The notes under the pieces: model-generated
Told to the model about the DNA's origin: nothing
Database searches by the model: none
Seen by the model: the letters and a program-made list of their open reading frames with translations, nothing else
Made by a program: the position numbers and the translations under genes
From: Lentisphaerales bacterium
Lineage (GTDB): Bacteria; Verrucomicrobiota; Kiritimatiellia; JAUXFM01
Assembly: GCA_030622955.1 (NCBI GenBank)
Contig: JAUXFM010000001.1
Coordinates: forward strand, 4,185 to 68,184
Length of the DNA: 64,000 nucleotides
Direction of reading: 5' to 3'
In this document: one piece after another, positions 21,259 through 31,279 of the stretch
How the letters are laid out: every line of letters begins with the position of its first letter
Numbering within the stretch: position 1 is the stretch's first letter

Positions 21259-22448
21259 TGGCCGGTTCCCGCAGTTAACATGGCAAACATGATAGCGTCC
21301 CCCAGCGGACCGCCGACAACAAAATTGAATTTGTCCTTCTTCTTGAATGGTGCACCACAGACATACGCAGTACCGACCAACTTGGAATAGTAAATCTGAT
21401 CGCCATGGATCCTGCTACCAGAGATCAAGAAACCCGTGGGAGAAAGGCCCAGCCCACAGACAACTGGCCCGGAATCAATATCGCCGCATTGTTCCAACGG
21501 TTCCGCCGAGCCCGAATACTCCCTGACGCCACCAAAACCAAATATCGTTCGGGCAAGTGAACGACTCGTCGCGTCATAAAGATCCTCCGAGAATTCCATA
21601 TCCGCGAAAGAAAGAAAGTAGAGTCCAAGCGCCGTACCTGATCCACGCGGTTCGTCAACCGGCCTTCCATCAGACAGAACGCACTGGTAGAGCAAACCAC
21701 TTTCCTTATCGACATACCTCATCCGGCACGTCGCGACCCATTCGGCAAGGAACTCAGAGTGATCAACGCCACTGGCTTTTCCATGCAACCCGATAGAGCC
21801 TATGACTGCACAATTGTCCACTGGGTAATATTCAGAGGGATACGATTCTATGAGAGAGATATCACTCTGCTCTACCCGCTTCCTCAGAGCCCCGGTAATA
21901 CTGTCGTTCAAGTCTGCGTACTTGGAATCCGGATCCACGAGCCTATGAAGTCCAAGCACCATGTTGAAATAACCCAGGTATGCAGCATGCGCCGAGTCCT
22001 TTGATAGCGAGTCGATCGGATCATCACCCCACATCTCTCTATCGAACTTCCTGACCTCTTCAGAAAGTAATCGCTCAATACAGGCGTCCATCAGTCGCTC
22101 ATGTTTCTCACGTAATTCAGGGTGCGCTAGAGCAGTCTGGCCATACCCCATTGCCGCCATCGTGTAGGTGCCGAACAACCACTCGCCATTGAATTGGGAT
22201 GACCCCGTCGTGAAATCGTTTCTGGAAAGATCGGTCAGCAACCATTCCGCTACGCCATTTCCGAGCGCTCGATGTAGTTCCAGTTTGCCGTCATACCATT
22301 TGCCTGCGTCGCGACGTGCCCAGAAGCGTGGGAGCAAGCAGGAACCTATGACAAACAAGAGAATCCCGACCATGAATCTGAGAGCGCCAAGGCGCAGGCG
22401 CAGACCCAACGGAACAGGGCTCTTACCACATGTGCTTTTCTTGATCAT
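21255..22448 (-). CDS. N-terminally membrane-anchored protein with linalool dehydratase/isomerase (LDI)-like (alpha/alpha)6-barrel domain (paralog A)
   Basis: Blocks 'GEWLFGTYTMAAMGYG...ELR', 'WGDDPID...YLGYFNMVLGLHRLV', 'YPVDNCAVIGSIGL' and 'DIDSGPV' align, by recall, to Castellaniella LDI ('EAWEL...', 'WGDWEEDGFGTDPIE..YKGHLNLMYGLYQLV', 'NYFVQCNSVAYLSL'). The same ~330-aa domain recurs in the next large gene. Confidence 0.55.
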   Translation of the reverse strand: MIKKSTCGKSPVPLGLRLRLGALRFMVGILLFVIGSCLLPRFWARRDAGKWYDGKLELHRALGNGVAEWLLTDLSRNDFTTGSSQFNGEWLFGTYTMAAMGYGQTALAHPELREKHERLMDACIERLLSEEVRKFDREMWGDDPIDSLSKDSAHAAYLGYFNMVLGLHRLVDPDSKYADLNDSITGALRKRVEQSDISLIESYPSEYYPVDNCAVIGSIGLHGKASGVDHSEFLAEWVATCRMRYVDKESGLLYQCVLSDGRPVDEPRGSGTALGLYFLSFADMEFSEDLYDATSRSLARTIFGFGGVREYSGSAEPLEQCGDIDSGPVVCGLGLSPTGFLISGSRIHGDQIYYSKLVGTAYVCGAPFKKKDKFNFVVGGPLGDAIMFAMLTAGTGQ

Positions 22449-22724
22449 TCACATTTTCCGCCGTAACCCCTCAATCCACAGCAAGCTTCCTGCGATGACA
22501 AAGATGGGGGCAAGAACAATGCCGCCGAGATACGCGACGACATAGGTAAGGCCTAATATAGCCGACAGATACTGCCCTGATCCTGCCGCACCTACGGTGC
22601 CGCAGAGGATGCTCGTGTAATTCCTGAGCCCGAACAGGTCGCACAGGACAAGGAACAACACCAGTAGCACAGCACGACCGAGAAGGCCACCTGTCGACAT
22701 AAACTTGCTTCTGCCCGTCTTCAT
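22449..22724 (-). CDS. Small hypothetical membrane protein (2-3 TM, 91 aa)
   Basis: Tightly packed between the two LDI-like genes, with a 4-bp overlap with the upstream gene. Confidence 0.45.
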   Translation of the reverse strand: MKTGRSKFMSTGGLLGRAVLLVLFLVLCDLFGLRNYTSILCGTVGAAGSGQYLSAILGLTYVVAYLGGIVLAPIFVIAGSLLWIEGLRRKM

Positions 22725-25075
22725 CTCGCCCCCCTTGAACTCAGATCACCATCGCACCTGCGCTCGATAAGATCCCACAATGGCCCCATCACCATTGCGT
22801 AGAGCATAACCGCGTCGCCAACCTGATTACTCGCGCAATAGCGAAGTTGCCCCTTCTTTTCGATCGGGAACCCGCCAAACTCCAGGGATGTGAGCAGATC
22901 CTGGAGATACGAGAAATCACCAAAAGCACTCGCACCAACGAAGGCCAATCCACTAGAACCGGCACTTATCTCTACAATAGGTATTACAGGACCCGAATCA
23001 ATATCCACCGGGCTGCGCCATGATTCAGGCCATTCCTTTGCATAGCCACAGCCGAACAACGTCTTGCCAAGTTCTTTCTTCGCACGCCGGTACTGATCTT
23101 CGGCAAATTCTCCGTCAACGAGTTGCAGGCAATGAGCTGCCAGCCAGATAGATGATCCTTCGGGCCCATCGAACGGTGTCCCATCGAACCCATAACTGGA
23201 GATGAGCAAACCCGTATCTGAATGTACCAGTTCCTGTTTTGCCGCCTTGATCCATTCGTCCAGGAACTCGCTGTGATCAAGCCCATCGAGAGCATCTGAA
23301 GCCTTGATGGCTGCCAGTGCTATGGAATTGCAGAAGACCCAGCATTCGTTGGGATAGCTCTCACCTGAGAACACAGGACTTTGCTTCATACATTTCACCA
23401 TGAGCTCAACCCGTTCCTGGAGGAGCGGCTTGTATTCCGACTTCTCTTCGACAAGTCTGCGCGCCGCCAGCATCAATGCAATCTCGCCGTCTTGAAAGAT
23501 GCTTCGGCCGGGTTTTGCAACGAAATTGCCCGTCCTTGCGTAGTCCAGGAGGAAGTAATAGATACCATGCTCCTTCTCAAGGCGAATGGTCTCGTCGATT
23601 ATTGAGTCCATAATATCGAGGTAGACGCCTTTTGATGACGGCTCACGCAACGCCATGTTGCTCAACGACAGAACGAGGAAGGTCCGCCCCATGAAATCCC
23701 ACTCAGCATTGCTCGCCCGCATCCTGGTTATCTCCTCCTTGCGCAGTGATGGATTCGACCATAGCTCGATATGTCTCGATGCGAGCGCATGCGCTTTGGG
23801 CGGGATGTTCTTTCCTCCAAAGTACTCATACACATCCTGCTTGAAGAAGATGTGAAGGCTGGGCAACCAGATGGCCGTAGCAATCCCCAACGCCAACAGC
23901 CCTTTCCCAATCCGATGTGCCCTCTCCGAAAAGCTCTCTTTCTTTGCATCGGCAGGCCGTAGAGTTTTCGCCATTCCTGTTTTTTTGCAAAAAGCATCGC
24001 ATACCAATTCTGCGATCACCGCGCATTCCAATCCAAACGGCAGGTAGCCGGCATAACCGAGTATCGGCATTTCGAACAATGTGAGCTTGTGCACGAACGG
24101 TACTTCGTAGATCCATTTCGCGACACTGAAGAAGTTCCACATCTCCCACAAGAACCCGCAGATCAGGGCTGCCATGGCAAGAAGGTAGAGCTTACGCCAC
24201 TTCCCTTTACTGATCCGCGCAAAGATCGTGGCTTCACCGCAGATGCATCTGAGCGCGGTCATGATGCATAGCGGCGAAAGCCAGAGCAGGGGAAATAGAT
24301 AACTCGGGTACAGCCCGATCAACGCAAGACCTCCAGCAGAGATGCTAAGTATCGGCCATGCCAGCGTGCGTGGATCCCGAGCTTCGATCCTTGCAAAATC
24401 GTCCAGTCCGGCCCCGATACGCGGATAGGAGTCGAGCAGTTCGTATGTCCCCATCACCGCCGGCAGGACTGTAGAAAACGGGAGTGTCGCGAAAAGGAAG
24501 TATTGGAGTGATGACAGGTCCTGTATGCCTTCGTAGTACCAGTTCTGTACGAATCGATTGAGATATTCGAAGAACCACCAGAACACGGCGCTGAACAGGA
24601 AGAGCAATATGAAATATTTTGGGCGATCCTTTAGCATACAGCGTCCTGTACGCCGGAGCGTCAGGCCGTTGATTACCAAGACATAGCCGAACCAGATCGG
24701 ACTAAACGTGAACTGCTGGAACGGGGCGAACCATGTGAACCTGTTCCACGCGAGCAGCCAGGTCGTGACTATGAGCACCAGGCCAAGCCAGCCCCACCAG
24801 GGAAACGCAATCTTCAATGAGCTGCCCGGATCAATGTTCTTCCGCCATTTGTAGACTCGTATATCGAATGGCAAAATTACCGCCAGCAGCATGACCGCGA
24901 GCGCAACGAAATGGATCCAGGAGAAATCCGCATGGGGCACGTACCAGGTCAAAGGCGGAAACTCGGCATATTTCGAGATCGACACCCCCTTGATCCAGAC
25001 CCCGATGAGCGGCAATCCGATCAGCATCGCGAGTGAGATACCGAGCCATAGAGCTCGTCTGACTCTTCCACTCAT
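22721..25075 (-). CDS. Fusion protein: ~440-aa Trp-rich polytopic membrane domain + C-terminal LDI-like (alpha/alpha)6-barrel domain (paralog B)
   Basis: The N-terminal half has ~10 hydrophobic helices rich in W/F/Y. The C-terminal half ('DHSEFLDEWIKA...DTGLL...DGPEGS...EFAEDQY...VDIDSGPV...NQVGDAVM') is clearly paralogous (~35% identity) to 21255-22448. It retains both LDI-like Cys positions ('NEC...FCNSIA'). Confidence 0.6.
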   Translation of the reverse strand: MSGRVRRALWLGISLAMLIGLPLIGVWIKGVSISKYAEFPPLTWYVPHADFSWIHFVALAVMLLAVILPFDIRVYKWRKNIDPGSSLKIAFPWWGWLGLVLIVTTWLLAWNRFTWFAPFQQFTFSPIWFGYVLVINGLTLRRTGRCMLKDRPKYFILLFLFSAVFWWFFEYLNRFVQNWYYEGIQDLSSLQYFLFATLPFSTVLPAVMGTYELLDSYPRIGAGLDDFARIEARDPRTLAWPILSISAGGLALIGLYPSYLFPLLWLSPLCIMTALRCICGEATIFARISKGKWRKLYLLAMAALICGFLWEMWNFFSVAKWIYEVPFVHKLTLFEMPILGYAGYLPFGLECAVIAELVCDAFCKKTGMAKTLRPADAKKESFSERAHRIGKGLLALGIATAIWLPSLHIFFKQDVYEYFGGKNIPPKAHALASRHIELWSNPSLRKEEITRMRASNAEWDFMGRTFLVLSLSNMALREPSSKGVYLDIMDSIIDETIRLEKEHGIYYFLLDYARTGNFVAKPGRSIFQDGEIALMLAARRLVEEKSEYKPLLQERVELMVKCMKQSPVFSGESYPNECWVFCNSIALAAIKASDALDGLDHSEFLDEWIKAAKQELVHSDTGLLISSYGFDGTPFDGPEGSSIWLAAHCLQLVDGEFAEDQYRRAKKELGKTLFGCGYAKEWPESWRSPVDIDSGPVIPIVEISAGSSGLAFVGASAFGDFSYLQDLLTSLEFGGFPIEKKGQLRYCASNQVGDAVMLYAMVMGPLWDLIERRCDGDLSSRGAR

Positions 25076-25113
25076 AGCAAACCCTCTGTCAACGACATGA
25101 AACAGGACATGAA

Positions 25114-25380
25114 TTAGTCATCTTTGCTTTTCTTCTTCGCCCACCTGGTACTGATTGCAGTCACGAGCATGCAGAAACACATGACCCCCGCCCCGATCAA
25201 CAACCCTGCGAGCAGGCCCGTTGCGGCTGCATATCGCACGATCTTAGTTGCGCCGGTGAACAGGCACTCACTGGCGAATTCCGGTGAGATCAATGCGAGT
25301 ACAACTCCAAAGATCGAACCCAGCAATGCCGAGAACAACGCCGCCCCCAACACGTACAAGAAACCTATTACTGCTTTCAT
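25114..25380 (-). CDS. Small hypothetical membrane protein (2 TM, ~88 aa)
   Basis: A GGAGGGA RBS precedes the ATG at 25380. The product is hydrophobic with a basic tail. Confidence 0.45.
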   Translation of the reverse strand: MKAVIGFLYVLGAALFSALLGSIFGVVLALISPEFASECLFTGATKIVRYAAATGLLAGLLIGAGVMCFCMLVTAISTRWAKKKSKDD

Positions 25381-25496
25381 TTCTTCCCTCCTTCTTTCTT
25401 TATAATAGATCAACCTATTTGTCTTACTCGCGGGGACCCGACTACGCTCAGACATGGCTTCATCGCGGCATGCCGCCGTCTCCATCTTGCATGAGA

Positions 25497-26210
25497 TTAA
25501 CCGAGAGCGCCACACCATGCGCGCCACAAGTATTCATAGAAGTTACTGCTAAATGCGTTCGGGTTAAAGAACGGGACCGGCATATCCGGGCGCGCCAGGT
25601 ATGGACTCATCAGCCATGAGAGTTGGCAACCGGCGAACCCGGACACCAGTATCCACGCCGCCAACACTCGCCCTGCGAGAGCGCGCGAACCTGTCAACAA
25701 TCCCAGCAGCTTGTATAATCGAACGTTCCCCACAATGCCGCAGGCGCCAATTACTCCGGCATGCAGGGTGAGTAATGTCCTATAGACAATCATCGCTGAT
25801 GGCGCCGTGTGATCCGGCACCTGTGTCACTACGAACAGCGCCACCGGACTCAACCCACCAAGAAGCATGGATGTGATCGCAAATGCTACCAGCATCGCCA
25901 CAAGCACTTTCTTCATGGAAAGGTCCGCGCCCATAACTCTTGCCAACATGTAATTGATAAGCGTGCTTACGATCACGACCGCGACTATAAGGAGCGGCAT
26001 CTTCAGTAATGAATAGCAGGCTTGCCTCGCCGAGCGCCAGATACCAAAGACAGCTCCATACGGGATGGTCCCGGCAGCGATCGCAAGACAGCATCCCGTG
26101 ATAATCGATCGAATCTGATTTTCAGACTTGATCCCCTGAAGCAGCCGATCGTCCATGCGACAGATAGGGCCGGGCCCGTAATCAGTCCAGCTCTGTAGAA
26201 TACTTATCAT
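25497..26210 (-). CDS. Hypothetical 5-6 TM membrane protein (Yip1-like architecture)
   Basis: Hydrophobicity pattern. It overlaps the upstream gene by 4 bp. Confidence 0.4.
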   Translation of the reverse strand: MISILQSWTDYGPGPICRMDDRLLQGIKSENQIRSIITGCCLAIAAGTIPYGAVFGIWRSARQACYSLLKMPLLIVAVVIVSTLINYMLARVMGADLSMKKVLVAMLVAFAITSMLLGGLSPVALFVVTQVPDHTAPSAMIVYRTLLTLHAGVIGACGIVGNVRLYKLLGLLTGSRALAGRVLAAWILVSGFAGCQLSWLMSPYLARPDMPVPFFNPNAFSSNFYEYLWRAWCGALG

Positions 26211-26974
26211 TCGAAACTTCTGAATATGTGCGTAATGAATGATTTCTTCCCCTGCAATCTGAACCCATCGTACTCACCAATAAGCGGACGGAGCACAGTG
26301 CACATCTGCAGGGCTACCAGCACAAAGATGATGCTCCACAACCTGACAAGTTTCAGGCTGCGCTTGTTGAGGAGCAGAAATGCTTTCTTGAGGAGCTCCA
26401 ACCCGAAGCCCATGCCGACCAGCCAGAAAAGCAGGTGCGTGAATCCCATGAAGCCGATGGTATCGGTCGATTGCGAGAAGATCCATGCGACCGGCGCAAA
26501 CCCGATCAACAACAACGAGCTGAGCGCAAGCGTCGCCAGGAGCAGATTCCAGACCTGCGAGAATGACTGATCGCCTCCGCAAATGCAGGAGAAGATGTAC
26601 AGGCTCGGCAGGCATATGAGTGCACTCGCGTAGAGCCCGATGGTCACCTTCAAGGGTGCCATCCATAGCTGGTGTCCCCCTGAAAAGAATCCCATCACCA
26701 CACCATAGCCGATCATGCAAAGCGATATGATCAGAAGCAATGAGGCACAGACTCCCCGCGAGTTGCCCTTGATGATCTCGTAGATCACGCGTGCAGGACG
26801 CTTGAGGATTTCCTCGATTACTGAGGTGGTCGCCGTGCCTTTTTCCATCGGCTCGAAATTGCTCTCGAAGCCCTTCTTGTCACTCGGAGGTATCGATGGC
26901 GGCTTTGCTGCAAAACAATCCCCGGCCTCTTTCATCGTTCCGCGTATCTTCTCAACATAATCCTCGTCCTGCAT
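26207..26974 (-). CDS. Hypothetical membrane protein with ~75-aa cytoplasmic N-domain + 5 TM (Yip1-like architecture)
   Basis: Hydrophobicity pattern. It is first in the overlapping pair. Confidence 0.4.
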   Translation of the reverse strand: MQDEDYVEKIRGTMKEAGDCFAAKPPSIPPSDKKGFESNFEPMEKGTATTSVIEEILKRPARVIYEIIKGNSRGVCASLLLIISLCMIGYGVVMGFFSGGHQLWMAPLKVTIGLYASALICLPSLYIFSCICGGDQSFSQVWNLLLATLALSSLLLIGFAPVAWIFSQSTDTIGFMGFTHLLFWLVGMGFGLELLKKAFLLLNKRSLKLVRLWSIIFVLVALQMCTVLRPLIGEYDGFRLQGKKSFITHIFRSFE

Positions 26975-27063
26975 CGCACCCTCCTTTTGCGGCTACCCAC
27001 AAAGTGCTTTGTTTCGCAAAGCCATCAAGCAACAAATATCTCGTGATGTCATGATTGGGTTCC

Positions 27064-27447
27064 TTAAGCTTTCACTGCCCTAGTCAAAAATGCGGTGAGG
27101 TCTTTCTTCTTCTCCGCTGGCATTGCAGCGGCGGCACCCTTCAGAACTTCGGAGAGAGCGCTGAGGTATTCACTGAAGCGATCCAGTCCTTTGTCTGAGA
27201 GGCCAACGGTCGTTCGCGGTTTCGAATCGACAAATGATTTCCTTATCTTAATCACCTTCGCTTCCTCGAGGACCTTGAGATGGCGGTTCAGATTGCCGTC
27301 GGTCAGGTTGCACTGCTCTTTCAATTCCGTGAAGGAAAGTCCTTCCTGCGCTCCGCAGAGCGCTGACATGATCGAGAGTCTATTTGGTTCATGGAATATC
27401 TTCTCAAGCGCTTCATATGGATTCTGATTATCTTCTTTGCGTTTCAT
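27064..27447 (-). CDS. Winged-helix transcriptional regulator (HTH_34-like)
   Basis: 'LSFTELKEQCNLTDGNLNRHLKVLEEAKVIKI' is a classic wHTH recognition helix plus wing, 127 aa. Confidence 0.65.
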   Translation of the reverse strand: MKRKEDNQNPYEALEKIFHEPNRLSIMSALCGAQEGLSFTELKEQCNLTDGNLNRHLKVLEEAKVIKIRKSFVDSKPRTTVGLSDKGLDRFSEYLSALSEVLKGAAAAMPAEKKKDLTAFLTRAVKA

Positions 27448-27459
27448 GATCTTCGCCCT

Positions 27460-28092
27460 TCATTTCTTGTTGAATTGTTTTTCAAATCGATTCGAACCGT
27501 GCAGGACTATGCCTCCGATGGTTTCGCCGGCACAGAACGCTATTCCCATCGGCCAGGGATTGAGAAAAGAGACCTGCGTGGCGAGACAGAATGCGCCAAA
27601 GAGAATGTAACCAAGCCCAATAATGTAGATAGGCCGTGGCAGTGAGAGCCGGTACGCCACCTGGGCAAGTCCATACAGGCACATCCAGATTCCTAAAAGA
27701 AGGTCGTATTGCCCCGCAAGGATAACAGCCACGCTCAGCACGGCCCCTACTACAAGAGCGGGGATGGCATCAATGGCAGGTTTCGCCTGTCGGAAATCGC
27801 GCTGCACGACAGGATTGAAGAGGAACCAGTATGCGAGTGCTCCGTAGTTAAGAACGAGCGCAAGGGTGAGGATGATACCCCACCCGATCAGGTGTGCGTT
27901 CGGTATTGCAGGCACTTCGCCAGAGTCCAGGACGGCTGCGCCAGCTAATGCTCCGAGTCCTGAAATGATGCGTGCCGGACCCGAATAGCCTTTGAAAAAC
28001 CTCTTTTCGAGCACGTATTCCTGGACTTTTCTGACCTGTGCCAGCGCATCATGTATATGATTAGCTATCATCTCATCCAGATCGTATCCCAT
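27460..28092 (-). CDS. Hypothetical membrane protein (4-5 TM)
   Basis: Hydrophobic ORF immediately upstream of the wHTH regulator on the same strand. Confidence 0.4.
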   Translation of the reverse strand: MGYDLDEMIANHIHDALAQVRKVQEYVLEKRFFKGYSGPARIISGLGALAGAAVLDSGEVPAIPNAHLIGWGIILTLALVLNYGALAYWFLFNPVVQRDFRQAKPAIDAIPALVVGAVLSVAVILAGQYDLLLGIWMCLYGLAQVAYRLSLPRPIYIIGLGYILFGAFCLATQVSFLNPWPMGIAFCAGETIGGIVLHGSNRFEKQFNKK

Positions 28093-28300
28093 CGCAAAGT
28101 ACTTTGCAACACAAAGTTTTGGCTTTTTTCAAATTGGCCAGCAAGCAAGGATATTGCGTGATTTCCCCGCCTTTGGGATTGATTGAGATAGGGCTGATAG
28201 GATAGGCTTCCGGCCATATGCGATCCCCCGGAGGGCAAATGTGCCCCTCTTGGTTAATTTTTTCGCATATCTCAAGATTCACTTAATAAGGGAGGAAACG

Positions 28301-30403
28301 ATGAGAACTGATCTGATACTTGGCTCACTCGCCGCAGGTGTTGCGGCCCTTGTCTTCGCCGTATGGAAATCAGCATGGGTCAACAAACAGGACGCGGGCA
28401 CAGATAAAATGAAGGAAATCGGCGCCGCAATCCGTGATGGCTCTATGGCTTTTCTTTCTCGCGAGTACAAAGTACTTGGCATATTTGTCATCGCAGTCGC
28501 CGCCCTCCTTGCCTGGGGCAACTCATCATGGGTTAGGCTGGTTGCAGTTTCTTTTGTTGTTGGTGCGGTCTGCTCGGGTATTGCCGGCTTCTTCGGTATG
28601 CGCGTTGCAACGGCAGCCAATATGCGCACAACCCAGGGCGCACGCTCCGGCCTTTCCAAGGCGCTCCTCGTTGCTTTCTCAGGTGGCGCGGTGATGGGAA
28701 TGTGCGTGGTCGGACTCGGAATAGTTGGCTTGGCCACTCTTCTCCTTGTCTACACCCGCATAATTCCTAACGGTACATCGATTGAAGTCCTTCAGAGCAC
28801 CGTTCTTCCGATCGTCAATGGTTTTGCCATGGGTGCATCATCAATCGCACTCTTCGCACGTGTTGGTGGTGGCATCTATACGAAGGCCGCAGACGTTGGC
28901 GCAGACCTCGTCGGCAAAGTTGAAGCCGGCATCCCTGAGGATGATCCCCGCAACCCGGCCACCATCGCTGACAACGTTGGCGATAACGTGGGTGATGTTG
29001 CAGGCATGGGCGCTGACCTCTTCGAATCGTATGTTGGTTCGATAGTAGGTTCAATGGTGCTCGGCGCCGCCGCCGGCTCAGTAGAACTTGTGGTCCTCCC
29101 GCTCGTCATAGCAGGCGCTGGAATCATCGTTTCCATATTCGGCACTTTCTTCGTTAAAGTGAAAGAAGGTGGCAGCCCACAGGCCGCATTGAACGTAGGA
29201 ACGTTCGGCGCAGGAATCGTAATGGCGCTGTTGACTTATCCCCTCGTCCTGAAACTTGCACCCGCAACATTTGAGTATGCCGGTGTGACCTATCAGGCCA
29301 TCGGTATCTTCTGGGCAACGATCGCTGGCCTTGCTGCTGGTATTGCAATCGGTATGTTGACGGAATACTACACGGCGGAGAATCGTGGTCCGGTACGTAA
29401 GATTGCCAAGGCAGCAGAAACTGGCGCCGGTACCTGCATCATTGCAGGGCTCGGCACTGGAATGCTTTCCACTGCACTTCCGGTGATCTGCATTGGTGCG
29501 GCCATCATGGTTGCTTATCACTTTGCCGGTCTCTACGGCATAGCGATCGCAGCGCTTGGCATGCTGGCAACCACCGGCATCCAGCTCGCAGTTGATGCCT
29601 ATGGTCCAATCGCGGATAACGCAGGCGGCCTGGCCGAGATGGCGAAACTGGAACCCGAAGTGCGCAAGCGCACCGACAAGCTCGATGCAGTTGGCAACAC
29701 GACGGCAGCTATCGGCAAAGGGTTTGCCATCGGCTCAGCCGCGCTTACCGCATTGGCTCTGTTCGCAGCGTTCCGCACGACTGTTGGCATTGAGACGATC
29801 GATGTAACGAAGCCGACCATCATGGCTGGCCTGTTCCTCGGTGCAATGCTTCCCTTCCTGTTCTCATCATTCGCGATGGGCGCAGTTGGACGCGCAGCTT
29901 TTGCGATGATCGCTGAGGTCCGTCGTCAGTTCAAGGAAATCCCCGGCCTGCTGGCAGGCACAGGCAAAGCCGACTACGCCAAGTGCGTTGACATTTCCAC
30001 GGCAGCAGCTATTAAGGAAATGATCGTTCCTGGTCTAATCGCCATACTCACACCGGTCGTCGTAGGAATCGGCGGTGGTTACTTCCTTGGTTACAGGGAA
30101 GGCGCGGAGATGCTCGGCGGCGTGTTGGCCGGTGTTACAGTATCCGGCGTTATGATGGCGCTCTTCATGTCCAACGCAGGCGGCGCATGGGACAATGCCA
30201 AGAAATATATCGAAAGTGGTGCACTTGGCGGCAAGGGCTCAGAAGCGCACAAGGCAGCGGTGACTGGCGACACAGTCGGCGATCCTTTCAAGGACACCGC
30301 CGGTCCCTCGCTCAACATTCTTATCAAATTAATGAGTGTTGTTTCGCTGGTACTGGCCCCTATCCTTGCACGGTTGGCGGCTGCCGCTGCTAACGGAATG
30401 TGA
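28301..30403 (+). CDS. hppA: Membrane-integral pyrophosphatase, K+-dependent type (H+/Na+-translocating PPase)
   Basis: A GGAGG RBS precedes the ATG at 28301, and the product is ~700 aa with 16 TM. '[18 protein letters not shown]' has Ala at the K+-dependence determinant position (K+-independent enzymes have GNTTKA). Confidence 0.9.
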   Translation: MRTDLILGSLAAGVAALVFAVWKSAWVNKQDAGTDKMKEIGAAIRDGSMAFLSREYKVLGIFVIAVAALLAWGNSSWVRLVAVSFVVGAVCSGIAGFFGMRVATAANMRTTQGARSGLSKALLVAFSGGAVMGMCVVGLGIVGLATLLLVYTRIIPNGTSIEVLQSTVLPIVNGFAMGASSIALFARVGGGIYTKAADVGADLVGKVEAGIPEDDPRNPATIADNVGDNVGDVAGMGADLFESYVGSIVGSMVLGAAAGSVELVVLPLVIAGAGIIVSIFGTFFVKVKEGGSPQAALNVGTFGAGIVMALLTYPLVLKLAPATFEYAGVTYQAIGIFWATIAGLAAGIAIGMLTEYYTAENRGPVRKIAKAAETGAGTCIIAGLGTGMLSTALPVICIGAAIMVAYHFAGLYGIAIAALGMLATTGIQLAVDAYGPIADNAGGLAEMAKLEPEVRKRTDKLDAVGNTTAAIGKGFAIGSAALTALALFAAFRTTVGIETIDVTKPTIMAGLFLGAMLPFLFSSFAMGAVGRAAFAMIAEVRRQFKEIPGLLAGTGKADYAKCVDISTAAAIKEMIVPGLIAILTPVVVGIGGGYFLGYREGAEMLGGVLAGVTVSGVMMALFMSNAGGAWDNAKKYIESGALGGKGSEAHKAAVTGDTVGDPFKDTAGPSLNILIKLMSVVSLVLAPILARLAAAAANGM

Positions 30404-30422
30404 TTCCGATTAGAGAGCAGTC

Positions 30423-31193
30423 ATGAAGGCAACTTTTCTCGGCACGGGAACATCAATCGGTATTCCCGTAATCGGGTGCGACTGTCCCGTCTGCCGCTCT
30501 GAAGATCCCCGCAACAGGCGACTTCGTACGGGGCTCTTCCTCGAATCCGATCATTTCAACATCCTGATCGATACCCCGCCCGATTTTAGGGAGCAGGCGC
30601 TCACACACAACATCAGGCGCGTGGATGCCGTATTATTCACACACACACATGCCGACCACATCTTCGGGTTCGATGATATCCGCAGGTTCAACACTATCCA
30701 GCAAAGCGTGATCCCTGCTTACGGCTCCAGAGAATCGATTGCCGACCTGCTGCGAATCTTCGATTATGTCGGTACCGAGAAGGTGCCGGGCCTTTATCGA
30801 CCCCAGATCGAATTCTGCGAGATCACAGGACCGTTCAAACTTGGCAACATCAATATTGAGCCATTACGCGTTGAACATGGGCCTGGATTCGCGCTCGGAT
30901 TCCTTTTTCGACATGGTGATCAAACCTTCGGCTATGTTCCTGATTGCGGCGCGATGCCCGATGAAGTGGTCGAAAAACTCAGCGGTGTCGATGTCATGGT
31001 TCTCGACGCACTGAGACACAAGCCGCATCGGACCCATCTAACGCTTGAGGACAGCATCGGGCTTCTTCAGCGAATCGCTGCAAAACGCTCATTTGTCATC
31101 CACATGTGCCACGATCTCGATCATGAGGAGTTGTGCCGCACACTGCCAGACGGCATCAAACCGTCGTTCGACGGGCTGGTTGTGGAACTGTAG
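30423..31193 (+). CDS. MBL-fold metallo-hydrolase (PhnP/YhfI-like)
   Basis: 'HTHADHIFG' is an HxHxDH metallo-beta-lactamase motif, 256 aa. Confidence 0.75.
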   Translation: MKATFLGTGTSIGIPVIGCDCPVCRSEDPRNRRLRTGLFLESDHFNILIDTPPDFREQALTHNIRRVDAVLFTHTHADHIFGFDDIRRFNTIQQSVIPAYGSRESIADLLRIFDYVGTEKVPGLYRPQIEFCEITGPFKLGNINIEPLRVEHGPGFALGFLFRHGDQTFGYVPDCGAMPDEVVEKLSGVDVMVLDALRHKPHRTHLTLEDSIGLLQRIAAKRSFVIHMCHDLDHEELCRTLPDGIKPSFDGLVVEL

Positions 31194-31279
31194 CCAGCAG
31201 CTCCAGGATTTCCCTGCTTCGCGCTCGCTACACTCGTTGCTACGAAGGCCAAGCAGTGTTCAGCAAGGAAAGGCCCTTC

